Source: Octopus vulgaris (Eukaryota). From it: a stretch of 64,000 bases of DNA. Positions 13,381-27,991 of the stretch are shown here, piece after piece. The position numbers and the translations under genes were made by a program. How positions within the stretch are numbered: position 1 is the first letter of the stretch; the number at the start of each line of letters is the position of its first letter. The stretch is taken from NCBI GenBank assembly GCA_951406725.2, contig OX597833.1:26660001-26724000 (forward strand), read 5' to 3'. Below the pieces are notes generated by a model. That model was not told where the DNA came from. It ran no database searches and saw only the letters and a program-made list of their open reading frames with translations.

Positions 13381-15910
13381 ATACGAAACAAAAATCGCAA
13401 ATGTCCGGGACAGTATTCTGCATGTACCGTCCACTCACAGATTAACGTAACATTCAAATCTAACAATGGCGCATGAGGCTTACATTCTCGGCGGAAATTA
13501 TAATCGATTTAATGAACGCCATTATTTGACCGGAATCTAGTTTATTGACCCTGCAAGGATGAAATATAAATTTGTTCCCACGACAAGGTGAATGTTATTA
13601 TAAACGGCGGAATATTTCGTCTACTATATTACAGATTTACTCTCTCCGCTAGCTTACAATTAGGAAAATAATAATGAACAAATTATGAAAGCAAATATAT
13701 TTGTGATTGGATTAGAAGAAAAAAAGGAAAGCGATTAAAAAAGAACAGTCGCAGAGAGAAAGAGAGAGAGCGATAAAGAGGTAGATGATATGAGAGGAAG
13801 AGAGAGAAAAGAAGAGAGAGAGAAAATAAATAAGAGAAAGTTGTTTGCATTTGTGTGAATCTCGAAGACATTGCTTTAACAGTGGAGTAAAAAGGCTAAT
13901 TTTGTTGTTTTCGTTCCGTTTGTTTTTCGCTATAAAAGTTTAAACAAATTACTAAATTCTCCCTAAAGAATGACAAGAATACAAACACTGTAAACATGTG
14001 AAATGTAATTGAGAGTACAAGGAAATTTAGTTTTCTTTTAACGTGACAAATCAGATTTTATGATTCGGGAAATATGTGTGTGTCGTTCCAGTTGAAATTA
14101 AACAGAAACAAATGCTGGTGCATACTCCACCCTCACCTCAACACACCTAACATGTTTTATTCGTTAAATGTTAACGAGTTTAAAATTTAATGACATTAAG
14201 ATCAATTAAGAGCATGTGGATGGATTATGGTGACAAATGAGTAATGGACAATGAAAACTATGCGGACACTTAATAAATTTCGAGTGTTTTGTCGCTTATT
14301 TAAAAAGATGCTGTTAAACCAAGGACAGATTTTCAATACTTCAGGGAAACCAGAAAATTTACCCTGGAGATACTTTGTTTTTTTAGGTATGTGTGATAGA
14401 TAAAGTACTTGGTTGTCTGTGTGTTTGTATTATATACCTGTGCATATGGGAGCGTATCAGAATCTATTTCAAAGGAAATATATATTCTGTGTGTGTTTGT
14501 GTAGTTGTGTGTGTGTCGGTGTTTCTTTAAATAACAAAGAGGTCACTTTTTATGATGTTAAGAACTGTGATAGAAAGTAAATTTAGGAAGGTAGATTGGT
14601 GTGACTCAGACATTCGATTGGGTTTCTGAGATATTGCTGAAAGTTAAACCACATGCCAGATCAATGTGAGAAAATTTGCGATCAAAAGCATTCCGGATAT
14701 GAACAACCCATCTTATATATTGGCTGCTGTTTAACCCCAGGTCAGCTCTGATAAAGCAGAGAGGCCAATGATCAAAGACATCCTAGCCATGAACATACCA
14801 TTTTTTCTTAACGAACAGTGTACCTCGAACAGTAGATACCTTGGTAATGAGAGGGAGACATGTATGTGACTTTTAAGAAAGAGGCCTCTATACGGAACTG
14901 ACGAATGCTTTCTAGCTTTGCAATACACTCTTTCTATCTAACATTCATGCGGATTCTTTGATTCAGATGAAGAGTACTGCTTCCTGGGTTAAAACTTACG
15001 CTAAAAATAGAATTTTCACAAAAATATTTAAATCGATAAACATTATTGAGCACACATACTTAACGTATATAATACGATTATTTGCCGACAGGCTGCGATT
15101 TAGTCTGGTGTAGATTACTCTATCAAAGAGGAGAGGTTTTAAAACACATACACCAGCTCTTTCAGAGAGTAATCTCCACCACGCTATTTGCAGCTTACCG
15201 GCAAATACACGACATGTACTTTAAGTATGTGTAGTTGATAATTTTTATTACACTAGCGTTGCTTCTATTTCATATTTGAATTAAAATGAATATTATCACG
15301 TGTATACTTTTGTCAATTATTTTAGAATTGAAATATGCAGATAAGAGTGCGTTATTCGCCACAAGATTCCGAAATACCAATCACTCGTCTAGACCATTCC
15401 TAACAGTGAGAATGACAAAGAGGTGATTAACTAGATAAAACGAACTTCCTTAAAAAATACCATTTTATAATTTTTTTTTAAAATTGTTCATTTGTCACCT
15501 TTGTTTATATTAAAAGCTGATTTTAACCACTGGGCAATGTAACACACGTACACACACACACATATCGTGAACCATCTCAGAGGTGATAACTAATATCCCT
15601 TTTCCACACGAACGACATCAATCTTAATCATTAAACGTTTGTTACGATTTGATCGTGAGGGCTGAGCGTGTCACTTCCTTTACCTAATTTTCATTACATT
15701 TTCAATTATTTCCTTACACAAATGAAACGTATGTAAGATAATATAATTAAATATCTTATAACCAATCTCTCATGTTCTATTTTCTTTTATACATATAAAG
15801 GGGAGCTAATAACGTTCAAGAGATGAATACGAAGGAAGGACTAAAGTGTCAAAATTCAGTTCAGCTTAAAAACAAACCAAAGATTTAATTTACGCTGTAT
15901 GGATACTTTG

Positions 15911-16165
15911 TAAAATAAAAATAAATGCGCCCTTTTAAAACCTAGCCAGGCTCATAGGGTCGGTTTCTATGGCGTATGTGCTCCCCAGCTGGACGGGACG
16001 CCAGTCCATCGCAGCGTTACTCATTTTTGCCAAGTGGACTGGAGCAACGTGAAATGAAGTTTTTGCTCAGCTCAAGAACACAACGCGTCGCTTGGTCCAG
16101 GAATCGAAACCACTATCTTACGATCATGGTGCTCACACCCTAACCACTAAGACATGCTCCTCCAC
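15911..16165 (-). mobile_element. SINE (family B-related), mirror copy in the left palindrome arm
   Basis: Reverse complement of 16595-16850. Confidence 0.85.
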
Positions 16166-16594
16166 ATATATACTTTGCACCTTCATCTAATTCTGGTCTG
16201 TGTACAAGGTATACATATAGTGGTATTATCGTGTGTGTGAATGTGTGTTTACGTATGTGGTGTGATATAGAACACTGCGTGAGCCAGAACGAGGAAAAGG
16301 GTGCTCAATATGGTATGGATAGATATTTGTTTAATTTAAGCAAACAGCTCCACTAACTGTTACACCGAGTTTCACATTTCAGGCCTAACAGTTAGTGTAA
16401 CAGTTAGTGGAGCTGTTTGCTTAAATTAAACAAATATCTATCCATACCATATTGAGCACCCTTTTCCTCGTTCTGGCTCACGCAGTGTTCTATATCACAC
16501 CACATACGTAAACACACATTCACACACACGATAATACCACTATATGTATACCTTGTACACAGACCAGAATTAGATGAAGGTGCAAAGTATATAT

Positions 16595-16850
16595 GTGGAG
16601 GAGCATGTCTTAGTGGTTAGGGTGTGAGCACCATGATCGTAAGATAGTGGTTTCGATTCCTGGACCAAGCGACGCGTTGTGTTCTTGAGCTGAGCAAAAA
16701 ACTTCATTTCACGTTGCTCCAGTCCACTTGGCAAAAATGAGTAACGCTGCGATGGACTGGCGTCCCGTCCAGCTGGGGAGCACATACGCCATAGAAACCG
16801 ACCCTATGAGCCTGGCTAGGTTTTAAAAGGGCGCATTTATTTTTATTTTA
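16595..16850 (+). mobile_element. SINE (family B-related head) with TSD
   Basis: Head GTGGAGGAGCATGTCTTAGTGGTTAGGG...GGTTTCGATTCC; direct repeat CAAAGTAT at 16583-16590 and 16851-16858. Confidence 0.85.
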
Positions 16851-18838
16851 CAAAGTATCCATACAGCGTAAATTAAATCTTTGGTTTGTTTTTAAGCTGA
16901 ACTGAATTTTGACACTTTAGTCCTTCCTTCGTATTCATCTCTTGAACGTTATTAGCTCCCCTTCTCAATTCTTCGATTCCATGAACTGTATTACATTTAG
17001 ATATATACCCTCTACCCATTTTAGTCCTTATTAAAGTAAACACTTCCTCTTTCGTTTCAAATGTCTTTGTGTTAACAAATTGTGTTTCAGTTTCTTGTCT
17101 TTGTGTAACTTGCCTTAGCAGGTTTCAGTTTCCATGCATTACTTTTCTCCTGCCATGTTTTCGTCTATGAGATGTTTGGTCTTGAGTTCCCCGAACATTT
17201 CTGCTATCTCGCCTCTGTATTTGTAATCATTACTCCAGATTTTGTAGACTGTCTTTCAGGACAACAAGTAAGATATTAGATGACAATAGTGTAAAATTTC
17301 CCATTCTTAAAACTCTTATTTCTCTCTTTCACTTTCTCACTCTGCCTTTTACTATTTCTGTTTAATTCCTTGCTCTCCAGCTTCTCTCTCTTTCTTTCTC
17401 CTCCCCCTTAACTCTTGCTATTTCATTCCTTCACTCTTTCGCTATTTCTTAACTCATTAATCTAAATTGAAACAGAGCAAACTTCCATGTTTACAATGCT
17501 AAACTCTGGAACTTGGAAACGTTTAAGTTCAAAGTGAAACTTGAAAATTAGGCAACGATGAAAGAGCTGGGAGTGTAGTTGGCAGAGTGTCAGTGAGACA
17601 AGTACAGAAGGGGATAAGTGGCTATGTGTTGTGAGATAATCAATAACTTTGACACTCAAAAGAAGTAACGCACAAAGATTAAATCAGTTTTGCACTATAG
17701 ATTTTCGTCTATTCTTCTTTCTTTTTTTAACAGTTATACACTCATCATCTGTCACGTAAAAGCTGTAGTGGATATCTCCACTAAACTGCTGCATGTCGGG
17801 ATCCAAACAGGTATCATTTATTTGATTGTGACTAACTAGATAGGTGGCATATGCTTGTCTTGATGTCTGGATGCAGTTAATTGATATTTTCACGTTCATT
17901 AAATATTTCCTACGAAGTTTCATATTCACTTTCATTCCTCTACGAGTGATGAAGTAATTACTAGTATGGGAATCAAGTTTGATATAATCGACTGTTATTT
18001 CTACCAAAAGGTTAAGCCCTATGCCTCGGATTTAAAAACGATTATGTTTCACTATACATTTACACGCATGTATATGTATGTTGTCTTCCGTTTTTAGTCG
18101 TATAAATTCTTCTTTTGAAGAAAGAGCTGCTTTCTAACAAAGATACAAAGCAGCATCGTTGAAATATATATAATGAAAACAATTCAAGCCGAGAAAAGTT
18201 TTGCATAATTTTACAGTTCCATTTATAGATTGTGTTTATAATATGCGAGTCATTTGGTTGATTGTATATTTGGATGCATGGATGTATGCATACACGTAGG
18301 TTGGTAGGTAAGTAGTTAAATATGTAGGTATTTGTATATATGTATATGTATGTGTGTGTAAGCATATGCATATATATATGTACATTTTATATATATACGC
18401 ATATACAATCTTACGTGAATGTATGTAGGTAGGTAGGTAAAATGCAAGTGTTTGTGCGTATAGTTGTATTTATCTGTATATGTGTATAGTTGAAAGTTTA
18501 ACTTCAAAAATGGGTCATGGTGTTTTGCTTTCTCTCTTTCAACAATTGTATTTAAATCCATTTTCAATTGAAAGTTATTCCATAAAACATTGTATTCCAA
18601 TATCAGCGATTTCCTATTTCACTATCCAAACGATTGGGAAACTTAAATGGAATTCCATCGTAATATGACTTATACGTACACAGTATTCGCACACACATAT
18701 ATCTCTATATACATATAAATCTCAAAATAAAGCAGATATGTATATGTATAAACATAGATAAATATTTGTACGCAGATAAATGTACAGATATATATTAGTA
18801 TGTATATGTATGTATATAATATATATGTATTTATGTAT

Positions 18839-18922
<84 letters not shown>

Positions 18923-19048
18923 ATATACATACATATATAAATGTATATCTATATAGGTATGTATGTATATGTAAATATATATGTGTATATATATATATAC
19001 ATATATACATACACATACGCACACGCATACACACACAGACATACACTT

Positions 19049-19088
<40 letters not shown>

Positions 19089-20236
19089 ATATTGCATTCC
19101 ACTTTCCACATAAGTAATGATGCAATTTCTTGTCATCACGATTGCATGGATCAGGTATATTAGAAGTTTTTCCACCGCATTAAAACTATTTCTACTGTAA
19201 ACATTATATTTTTTAATATCTATTTTAAATTAATCTTTTCTTTTCGTATAAGTCCTCGAAATAAGAATTTACTTTCGTTTAGTAAACCCTGCATATGTAA
19301 ATTTTTTGACATGTTGCTCATCTTCTCATGTCGTGTGATTTCCCCCTCTTCGTATGTATATATATATATATATATATAATACAGACACATATATGGAGAT
19401 ATATATATATGTGTGTGTATGTGTGTGTGTGCGTGTGTGTGTGTGTGCGTGCGTGTGTGCTTTTTACCTTCTTTGTTGGATTGTACTTCATTGAAATTTA
19501 ACGTGTTGTCATATTTGCTTACAAATAATGTAATGTGATATTTGTTGGAAAGAAAATAGCGAAATGCTGGGCTATGGTAGAAACGTGTAATCACACAAAA
19601 ATCCAAACAAGGACGTGAGTGAATTTAAGAAGAAGAAGCCCATATCAATGGTTATTTCAGTAACAATGAAGAATATAGGCTATTAAAAAATTCATTAGAA
19701 AATTGTTGTGACAAATGGCATTGGTCGCATCTTCATTAAAATTCCAAAAAGGCAATGAGAATAATAGTGAGATTTAAAATATTGACATTTTGAAATTTAA
19801 CCCAAATTTCATCAATTGAAACACGTTCGAGAACAATATTGTCATTTCCTTCTAGTATTTGTAGGTAAATGGAAGAGAAAAATAGGAAATATATCAAATA
19901 GTATGAGATTGGCATGGATTTAATAACGATTTGTATGTGATAATAGACACATTAATAAAGAGACAAAGAGACAGCAAGTAACAAAGAAAAAGCAAGAACA
20001 AGAAAAGTGAATTGCGACCTCATTACAAGCTAGAACAGGAAAAAATACAAGTAGAAAATATGTTAAAAATAAAACAAAGCGAGTTAAGTTGTATGGTTGT
20101 GAAACTTGGCTCACGACTCCCGTGTTTTCAGTTCGATCCCAATCAGTGGCCATCGGATAGCTGTCTTCTACATCATAGAATAAACTAACTTTCGAATGAA
20201 ACTATGTTGGTGGAAATTATTGATTTTCGTGATCTA

Positions 20237-20718
20237 TCTTTTATCTTTTACTTGTTTCAATCATTAAACTGTGGTCATGCTGGAGCATTGTTTAACGAAT
20301 TTTTCAGTCAAATGAATCAACCCCAATACTTATTTATTCTTATATTCTTTTTCTTTTTTTCAGTCATTTGACTGCGGCCATGCTGGAGGGATTCAGTCAA
20401 AGAACTAGACTCCATGACTTATTCTTTTAATCCTAGTATTTATTCTATCGGTCTCATTTTGCCAAAGTGCTAAGTTACGGGTATGTAAACACACCAACAT
20501 CCATTTACAAGCGAAGGTAGTGGGGGGGGGGTCAAAACAGGCACAACGATACACACATAAATATATATATACAACGGGCTTCATACAGTTTCCGCCTACC
20601 AAATCCATCGGCCTGTGGCTACAGTAGAAGACACTTGCCCAAAGTGCTGCGCAGTAGGATTGAACCCGGAACTATGTGGTTGGGAAGGCAGCTTCTTACC
20701 ACACAGCTACTCCTGCCA
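20237..20718 (-). mobile_element. tRNA-derived SINE family C (CORE-SINE-like, resembling octopus OR/OK SINEs)
   Basis: Minus head GGCAGGAGTAGCTGTGTGGTAAGAAG...GGTTCAATCC, CORE-like CTTTGGGCAAGTG, and a duplicated tail CAGCATG..GCAGTC.AATGACTGAAA. Fragments also at about 35240, 37410, 38450, 52700 and 62125. Confidence 0.8.
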
Positions 20719-20943
20719 CAATTTGTGGAATCAAAAAAATCCTGCAGAGTGAAAGTGATAAAGGAATAGACTATATAATATCAAGTATCTCTCTATCTTC
20801 TGACTACTTTTTATATATTAATACATAAAATCTATACTTCACTAGAGACACTACAAACACACACACACTCATACACACACAAACACAAACGTATCCACAA
20901 ACACACACATATACACACACACACATATATATGATTTACTATA

Positions 20944-22157
20944 TCATATTGAGTAAAAAGTAAGAAAAGTTTTGAACCATGAAGAATTTGTACCGGATTT
21001 TTGCAGAGTTTCGAATTTTTAAGAACATTTTTTTTCAATTGCCTGATAATATAGACATAGAATTGCACACATGCATCAATTAATTAACATTGATATTTTT
21101 ATCACGTTAAAATCACCTGAAATGGAACTGTCAATTTTGCTATTCAACTTAAAAAAGGACGTAAAGCAGCTGAAACTGCTCGCGATATCAAGGAAACGTT
21201 TGGTGAGGAAATGACCAGTGAGAGATCAAAATAGTATCAACGATGTCGCAGAGGAAACCTGAGCCTTTAAGATCGTGAACGTAGTGGACGCCCATCTGTC
21301 ATTGATAACGGTCAATTAGAGACCGTCATTGAGAGAGATCCACGAAAAACCATTCGAGAACTGGCAAAAGAACTTCGAGGTATCCAGGAAACTGCCTGCA
21401 ACTATTTGCATGTGGTCGGAAACTCAAAAAAGCTCGACAAATGGGTACCACATGATTTGAATGAAAATCGGAAAATGCGCAGATATGAAAATTGTTCGCC
21501 CCTTCTTCTCCGTAACCAGACCGATCAATTTCTCGACCGTATTGTAAATTACGATGAAAAGTGGATTCTGTACAATAAGAAAAACGTTCTTCGCAGTGGT
21601 GTTTGAACCAAAATGAAGCACCGAAAACTTTCCCTAAACCCGAGCTCTTCTAAAACAAGGTAATGGTGATTGTTTGGCGGTGTACTGTTGCACTCATCCA
21701 CTATAACTTCTTAAAATCTGGAAAACCATTACTGAAGAAACATATTCCCATGAAATGGCCAAAATGAACGAAATGCCTCTGTCCCAGACTGGTCAACATA
21801 AGAGGGCCAATCATTCTTCATAACGATGCACGGTAACACGTTTCACTAATGACGCTCCAGAAGTTGAGGGAACTTGGCTACGAAGTACTTCCCCGCCTAG
21901 CTTATTCCCCGACCTTTCTTCTACCGACTACCACTTGTTCAAGAACCTTGATGTTTTCCTGCGGCGGGGAGGAGTTCAAAAATCAAACGGATGCTGAAAG
22001 TGCGCTCAAAAAGTTCATCAGCTCCATCACTCCGGATTTTTATGTTACCGGAATAAATAAATTTGTAACTCGTCGACGGATAAAATTTCTGTGTTGTTGA
22101 AATATATTGTTACGAATTTCATGTTTCACATCCTTGTTTACTTTTTACTCAGCCTGA
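20944..22157 (+). mobile_element. mariner (DD34D; cecropia/Hsmar1-like) transposon, transposase pseudogene
   Basis: TIRs TCAtatTGAGTAAAAAGTAA / TTACTTTTTACTCAgccTGA with TA flanks. Motifs KKGRKAAETARDI, KKLDKWVPHDL, FLDRIVNYDEKWILY and LRELGYEVLP..AYSP, with many stops and frameshifts. Confidence 0.92.
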
Positions 22158-23259
22158 TATCAAATTATATATTACATGTACCATCACAATTTTATTCCAC
22201 TCTTGAAGGAGACGTAAAAGTAGGAGTAACACTTTTTTGATGTTTTTTGATGTTTTTGCAGCTTTCATAAAAAAGTGTCGTTTCTATGAATTCAATCCGT
22301 CACCCAGTTTAACACTACCACCAGGCATATGTGTGAATTTAGCCGAATCTGCTCGCTTTGCTACCATTTGAACAAATCTTCGGTGCAAGGAGGCCTTTCT
22401 ACTTTTATCCAACCGTCATGGAAGCCATACGTGCCGTTTAGCTTCCTTACTATAAGCCATTTAAAAATAATCAAAATTGAGGATAATGGCGAAATATTCA
22501 CAGAAGCTTAAATAAAATGTATATAATATATATATTATAACGAACGAAGACGGACTAAATTAAGAAGAACTATATGTCACAGATGAATCTCTTGATTTAC
22601 GTGGATAGAAAGTTTGTTTTACAGTCTATATCTCCAAAGACGTTATAATGTACTAAACCATTCAATTAGCTAAGGAACTTCTACATACTTGTCCAAAGTG
22701 TTAAAATATATTAGCATTGTACTTCAGATCACACCCGAATTACTTAAAGCAGGAAAAGCAATAAAGGATAATGTGAGGTTAGATTTTTTATGCTTGAAAA
22801 ACACGTTTCGGATGTCCATTGCTGGAATATTTTTGATTATAAGTGTACTCAATCCAGGCTAACGTGGGATTAAATGGTAATACTAAAACGATAAATATTA
22901 AACTTTATATTCTGATAAGAAAATTCTTTCACAAAACTGTGGTTATATGAGTTTTACTGCTTTCGTTTTGAGAGAGATATTTCAGTCAAAAGTTTGTAAG
23001 TGCGGATAAGTTAATTTAATCAATTTTATCATTTTTAACTAATCTAAAACATTTGCTTACGTGTAGTTAGGTTCTACATTGTATTTTAATGCTTCCTTAT
23101 ACGATAAATCATCCAAATGTTTTGGTTCCCATATATATAATGATATGAAAGCAGGAGAAGAACACTGTATTAAGATCAAAGTCAGTCTCTAAACTTATGG
23201 GACAGCGTCACATATACACAGACATACATAGACACATATAAATATATACGTATGTATGT

Positions 23260-23362
<103 letters not shown>

Positions 23363-23392
23363 GATAGATGTATATATAAATCTCTCTCTCTC

Positions 23393-23435
<43 letters not shown>

Positions 23436-25339
23436 TGGCTTTCGGATCATTACCTCTCGAGGCTCAGACAAAGCTATAAACAATTGCCTTCAGCATTTTC
23501 TGTCCAGAAGAGTTTTGCAAACTACAAAAAAAAAAAAAAATACCTCATGTCCTCTCGAAAGTTTATTCAATTTTTTGACGTCAACAACGGTTGTGGTAGT
23601 GGGCGGACTGTTTCATTCGGTTTCACTTTTACCTTAATCAATTTCGATTGACTTGCTTCGTATTATTTTCTCTTTCCACTGTTGCGAGTTTGTAACATAT
23701 CATGCCAAACTCCCTATATGCTAGCTAAGAATATCCTGTTCACATCAGATTTGGGTCTGTAGATTCAGAAAGCTGTAATTTCATTGTTTTCTGTCTAAAT
23801 TTTCATTTCACTTACTTCCTGGCTTATTATGTTGATACGTAATCTATAACTATTATGATGTATATTCATACTTATTATCTTATTTCTCACTTTATGTTTT
23901 AATTCTAATATTAATCTTCTCGTTTGTTGAACATATATTTAATTTTCTCTATTTCCTTGTATTCTATTTCTTTAGTTTCATCTCCTCCAAATAATTGTAT
24001 GGGTGATTTTCATTTTGATTTCTGCATCAAATTTAAAGACTTCAGTTTTAGTTTTTGGGACATGTCTCATCCCTTACATCATTTATATCTTAACTAAATA
24101 TGTAAAACAGTTTTTGTAGGTTTTTAATACTGGTTTTGCCTACTGTTAACAGATTTAGTTGACCCATATAGAGGAGGTAGGTTATAATATGCTGTAACAT
24201 TTAGACATATTTGGCAAAGTTTTTTTTAACAGTCAGAACCAGGCAGAAAGATAGACAAAATACAAAGCATTAGTCGATTCTCCTCTTAAGTTTATAGCTT
24301 GGATTATCTTTCTTTTACTCGTTACATAACATGGTAGTTTTGTATTTTGTTTCTCATGCAGCATTTTCCTTTTATTAATCTTGTTTGGAGAAATACAACA
24401 TGAGTTACTTTCTTAAAACAAGAATCGTGTACATCTTTGAAAACATGCTTTAAAAGTGTCCAAAGTTAACAAACGTGATGTCAGAATGCTCTTACATCTA
24501 TTACAACTCTCAATATTGCTGTTTTATGTAACATACATATCTAACATTGTGGACCATCTGTCGATGGTTTTATAGAAATCCTTGTAATTGTAACAATTAC
24601 AACCGACATGAGAGAGAGATATTCTTTAATTTCCAAAATGTTCTTAATTTACTTGATATATTGCCATAATTATATGTTTTTAGTTCAGTTTTCTAATAAT
24701 TTATTATGATTACTATTGTTATTGCTAATATTATACTTTCTCATCTAACCCGGTTTAAATCTGTATATTTTGCGTATATATAGTATTTTCGTTTAGTTTC
24801 TTCTTTCTATAAGAAAGTATTCTACTAATGCAAGATCAGGTGTTTGTATAAATATATTTCTAGCGTACCTATTATCATTGTTATTTATTTCGAATTTCAA
24901 TCAATATATTCTACATAATGTATCTATCTTCAGCTCTATATAATTGAACAGAAATTTCTCCATTTCTTTTCGTGACACATAACTGTCTGTCTAGGGTGAT
25001 ATTTTGAACATGAATCATTTGTTTCCTTGTGGTAGACACACACACACACACACACACATGTATGTATTTGTGTGTGTATGTGTGTGTGTGCGTGTGTATC
25101 TCCGTGTTTATGCTGCACCACCGCTTCAAACAGGTCTTCCTGTTACTATCTCCCCGTAACTCAGCGGGTCGAAGAAGAAAGATATTAGAAAGATAAAAGT
25201 TGACTAATCTTGCACCCCTGACTGTTTTTTTTTTTAAATAATAAATGTCATATCGTAAAACATGGTCACTCAATCATTATCGAAAGAATTTTCTGGTGCA
25301 ATTCGGTTACACCCGCTCGCTTGACTGTCGGCATTTCCT

Positions 25340-25790
25340 AAACCTTTCCTCTATATGCTCAAAGCTTGAAATTTGGGGAAAAAGGAGGCTACAGCCAGCC
25401 GAGTACGGGACAGGTAATTATTTCATCGAACCCGAAAAACAGAATTTGAAATTTGAACCCAAAGATGGGCGAAATGCCACTGAACATTATATATCCGGAG
25501 TACTAGCGATTCCGACAGCTCGCCACTTTATTGATGATATTTCATAATGCTACATAATTTTCAGTGTATGAAATCCTGAAGTATGTCACATTACCTTTAT
25601 GATTTCTGAATTGAGAATTACTTGTTGAAATGTTTGGCGACATTTCTTGCAGCTCTTTATTATCTGAGTTCAAATGAAGCCGAGGTCAGCTTTACCTTTA
25701 ATCTTAACGGAGTCGATAAAATAAAGTACCAGTCAATTACTCAGGTTAATACAATCAACTAACCCCCACTACTCTGGCCTTGTGCCAAAA
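25340..25790. mobile_element. Two degenerate SINE family A copies in opposite orientation
   Basis: About 25340-25530 on minus (CGATTCCGACAGCTCGCCACTT) and about 25610-25790 on plus (GAGTTCAAAT...GGAGTCGATAAAATAAAGTACCAG). Confidence 0.65.
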
Positions 25791-26359
25791 AAATTAACTA
25801 CTACTACTAAGAATAAAACGAAGAAGAAGAAAAAATTCCACGATGCTGTACCAGGCAGTGATCCCCCATGGCTTGTGATCCTAACTGATTGGAAGAGTTA
25901 TCATGTACATTGTTTTGACTTGGTATAAAAATGGCCTACAGCAAATATTCTGCTCAATATCATAGATGCGATTGTCAGTTGTTTGTCCTTAACCAGTTGG
26001 GTATGCCCCTGAGTGGCTGACGATATGTGCATCTCTGATCCCGAGCGGTAGTAGTGGGGGATCACCATAGACATGTGTTGAGATGAATTCTTTGGGGTTT
26101 GAATAATTCACCTCTAAAAATTTGGGTGTTTTGCTCATCATACTTAAACAAACTTTATTCATGGACCATTTGAATAGGATGGGTCACTCGACCTGAAGAT
26201 AATTCTAACAGGCAAAGTCCTGCGCTGTTTATTTTGATATGAGTTCACCATGTGGCGCACTTATGGCTGTGATGCATGTACCTGATGTACCCTTATCAAA
26301 ACGGTAGACATGATGGGTATATTGGGCTTAACATATTAGCATGCATGGCTCTCTAACTA

Positions 26360-26379
26360 AAGAAGAAGAAGAAGAAGAA

Positions 26380-26412
<33 letters not shown>

Positions 26413-26526
26413 CAAGAAGAAGAAGAAGAAGAGGAAGAAGAAGAAGGAGAAGAGGAAGAAGAAGAAGGAGAAGAAGAAGAAGAAGAAGAAGAAGAAGAAT
26501 AACAACAACAACAACAACAACAACAA
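26360..26526. repeat. (GAA)n/(AAC)n triplet microsatellite
   Basis: Direct reading. Confidence 0.97.
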
Positions 26527-27654
26527 GCCATTCTATTATAGGTCACATGGTCTTGAATTTGGTGAGAGGCTGCTGGTCGATTACGCAAATCCCACTGATG
26601 ATGGTGAAATACTTCTAAACCATTCGTCCGGCGTGCTAGCGATTCTGCCCGCCCGCTGCCTTAATAATGATGGTAACAACAACAGCAACAACAACAAGAC
26701 GATGAAGAAGAACGACAGCAACATCAACAAAAGCAAAAACAACATCAACAAATACAATAAGAGGAAAAGATGGCGATGACGATCACTGTTAGGAGAAGGA
26801 CAGGAAGTAGAAATCTGAAGCCAACAGACAGAAAATTCTATGAAATGTTGCTGACGTTACATTTACGTCAAGGAAATGACAACGAATGAAAATAATTATT
26901 TAAAAAAGCGGAAGCAGATGACAGAATATCCGGTCACTTCTAAAGTCGAATTAAACTGCATTATTTGAATGTGCACTGGTTAATAATCGCAGAAAAACTT
27001 TCATGTTTATTTTTTGTTAATTAACCCGACCATCCCACATTACAATATTGTGTGGATCATGTAATTCTTTTACAGTCTTCACTTAATGAACAGTGGACAT
27101 GCTGGGGCGTCGGTACATTGTTGTGCATTCAGTTGTATTCACCCTTAGTAATTATTTTGCCCTTTCTTTGCCTTGGGAACTTAGAAATTTGAAGGAGGTT
27201 TAGAAGTACCGTCGTGTACGTCGTGCACCGTCGTGTAATGAGCACTTCTAGCACAGCAGAGTAAAAGCCGATTTCTGCTAGAATTGACCCTAGTAAAGGA
27301 ATACTACTTTAGTTATCGACTTCGAAGTTATGAAACGCAAGGTTCTCAAGATTTTATTGACAACAAGAATGGTGAAAACTAAGACATGACAGAGTTTTGG
27401 TATAAAGTGAAGAAGTATCGACTAAATACATCATGGTCTTTCGCCCGATACACACTGATTCTGTCAATAACCTGTCAGTTGCAATTTGATATCATATATA
27501 TATATATAATAATTATTTGTGGGAATATTAATCTTAATTTACAGGGAAAAAATTGAATTTAGAAAAACTAAATCAAATTCCACACAATATAATATATATA
27601 TATATCAAAATTAGAAAACAACATCTTTTATCATTTCAAAATGAACAATTAAAT

Positions 27655-27991
27655 TACACCATGTAGAAAATTACATATAATAGAAATATTAAAGTTAAAA
27701 TAACAATAAAATACCGATGATTAAATAAATTGCCAAAAAATGATAAAAAATAAAATAATTAAAAAATTATGAGAAATAAAATCATTAAATACAAATGAAT
27801 TCATACACACGCGTATCTATCCATCCCATATATCTATCTATCTATCTATCTACCTCTCTCTCACTCTCTCTCTAAAAACGTATGTATATATATACGTTTT
27901 TATTATATTTTTGCAAGTTACTTCATCGTCGGTATTTTATTGTTATTTTGATTTTAATATTTCTATTATATGTAATTTTCTACATGGTGTA
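27655..27991. repeat. Imperfect inverted repeat (about 65-bp arms, about 205-bp spacer)
   Basis: 27655-27720 (TACACCATGTAGAAAATTACATATAATAGAAATATT...) versus its reverse complement at 27926-27991. Confidence 0.85.

Larger units (their letters stand above)
15798..16963. repeat. Near-perfect 1.17-kb palindrome (568/569-bp arms, 29-bp spacer)
   Basis: 15798-16365 is the reverse complement of 16395-16963. The only difference I noticed is T5 versus A6 in a homopolymer. Confidence 0.97.

Noticed and set aside
12649-13466. 261-aa and 224-aa ORFs
   Set aside because: Translations of (GATA)n, TA/TG and triplet repeats.
26595-26612. CTGATGATGGTGAAAT as a hammerhead core
   Set aside because: No room for stem II, no stem I, and it lies within a deleted SINE copy.
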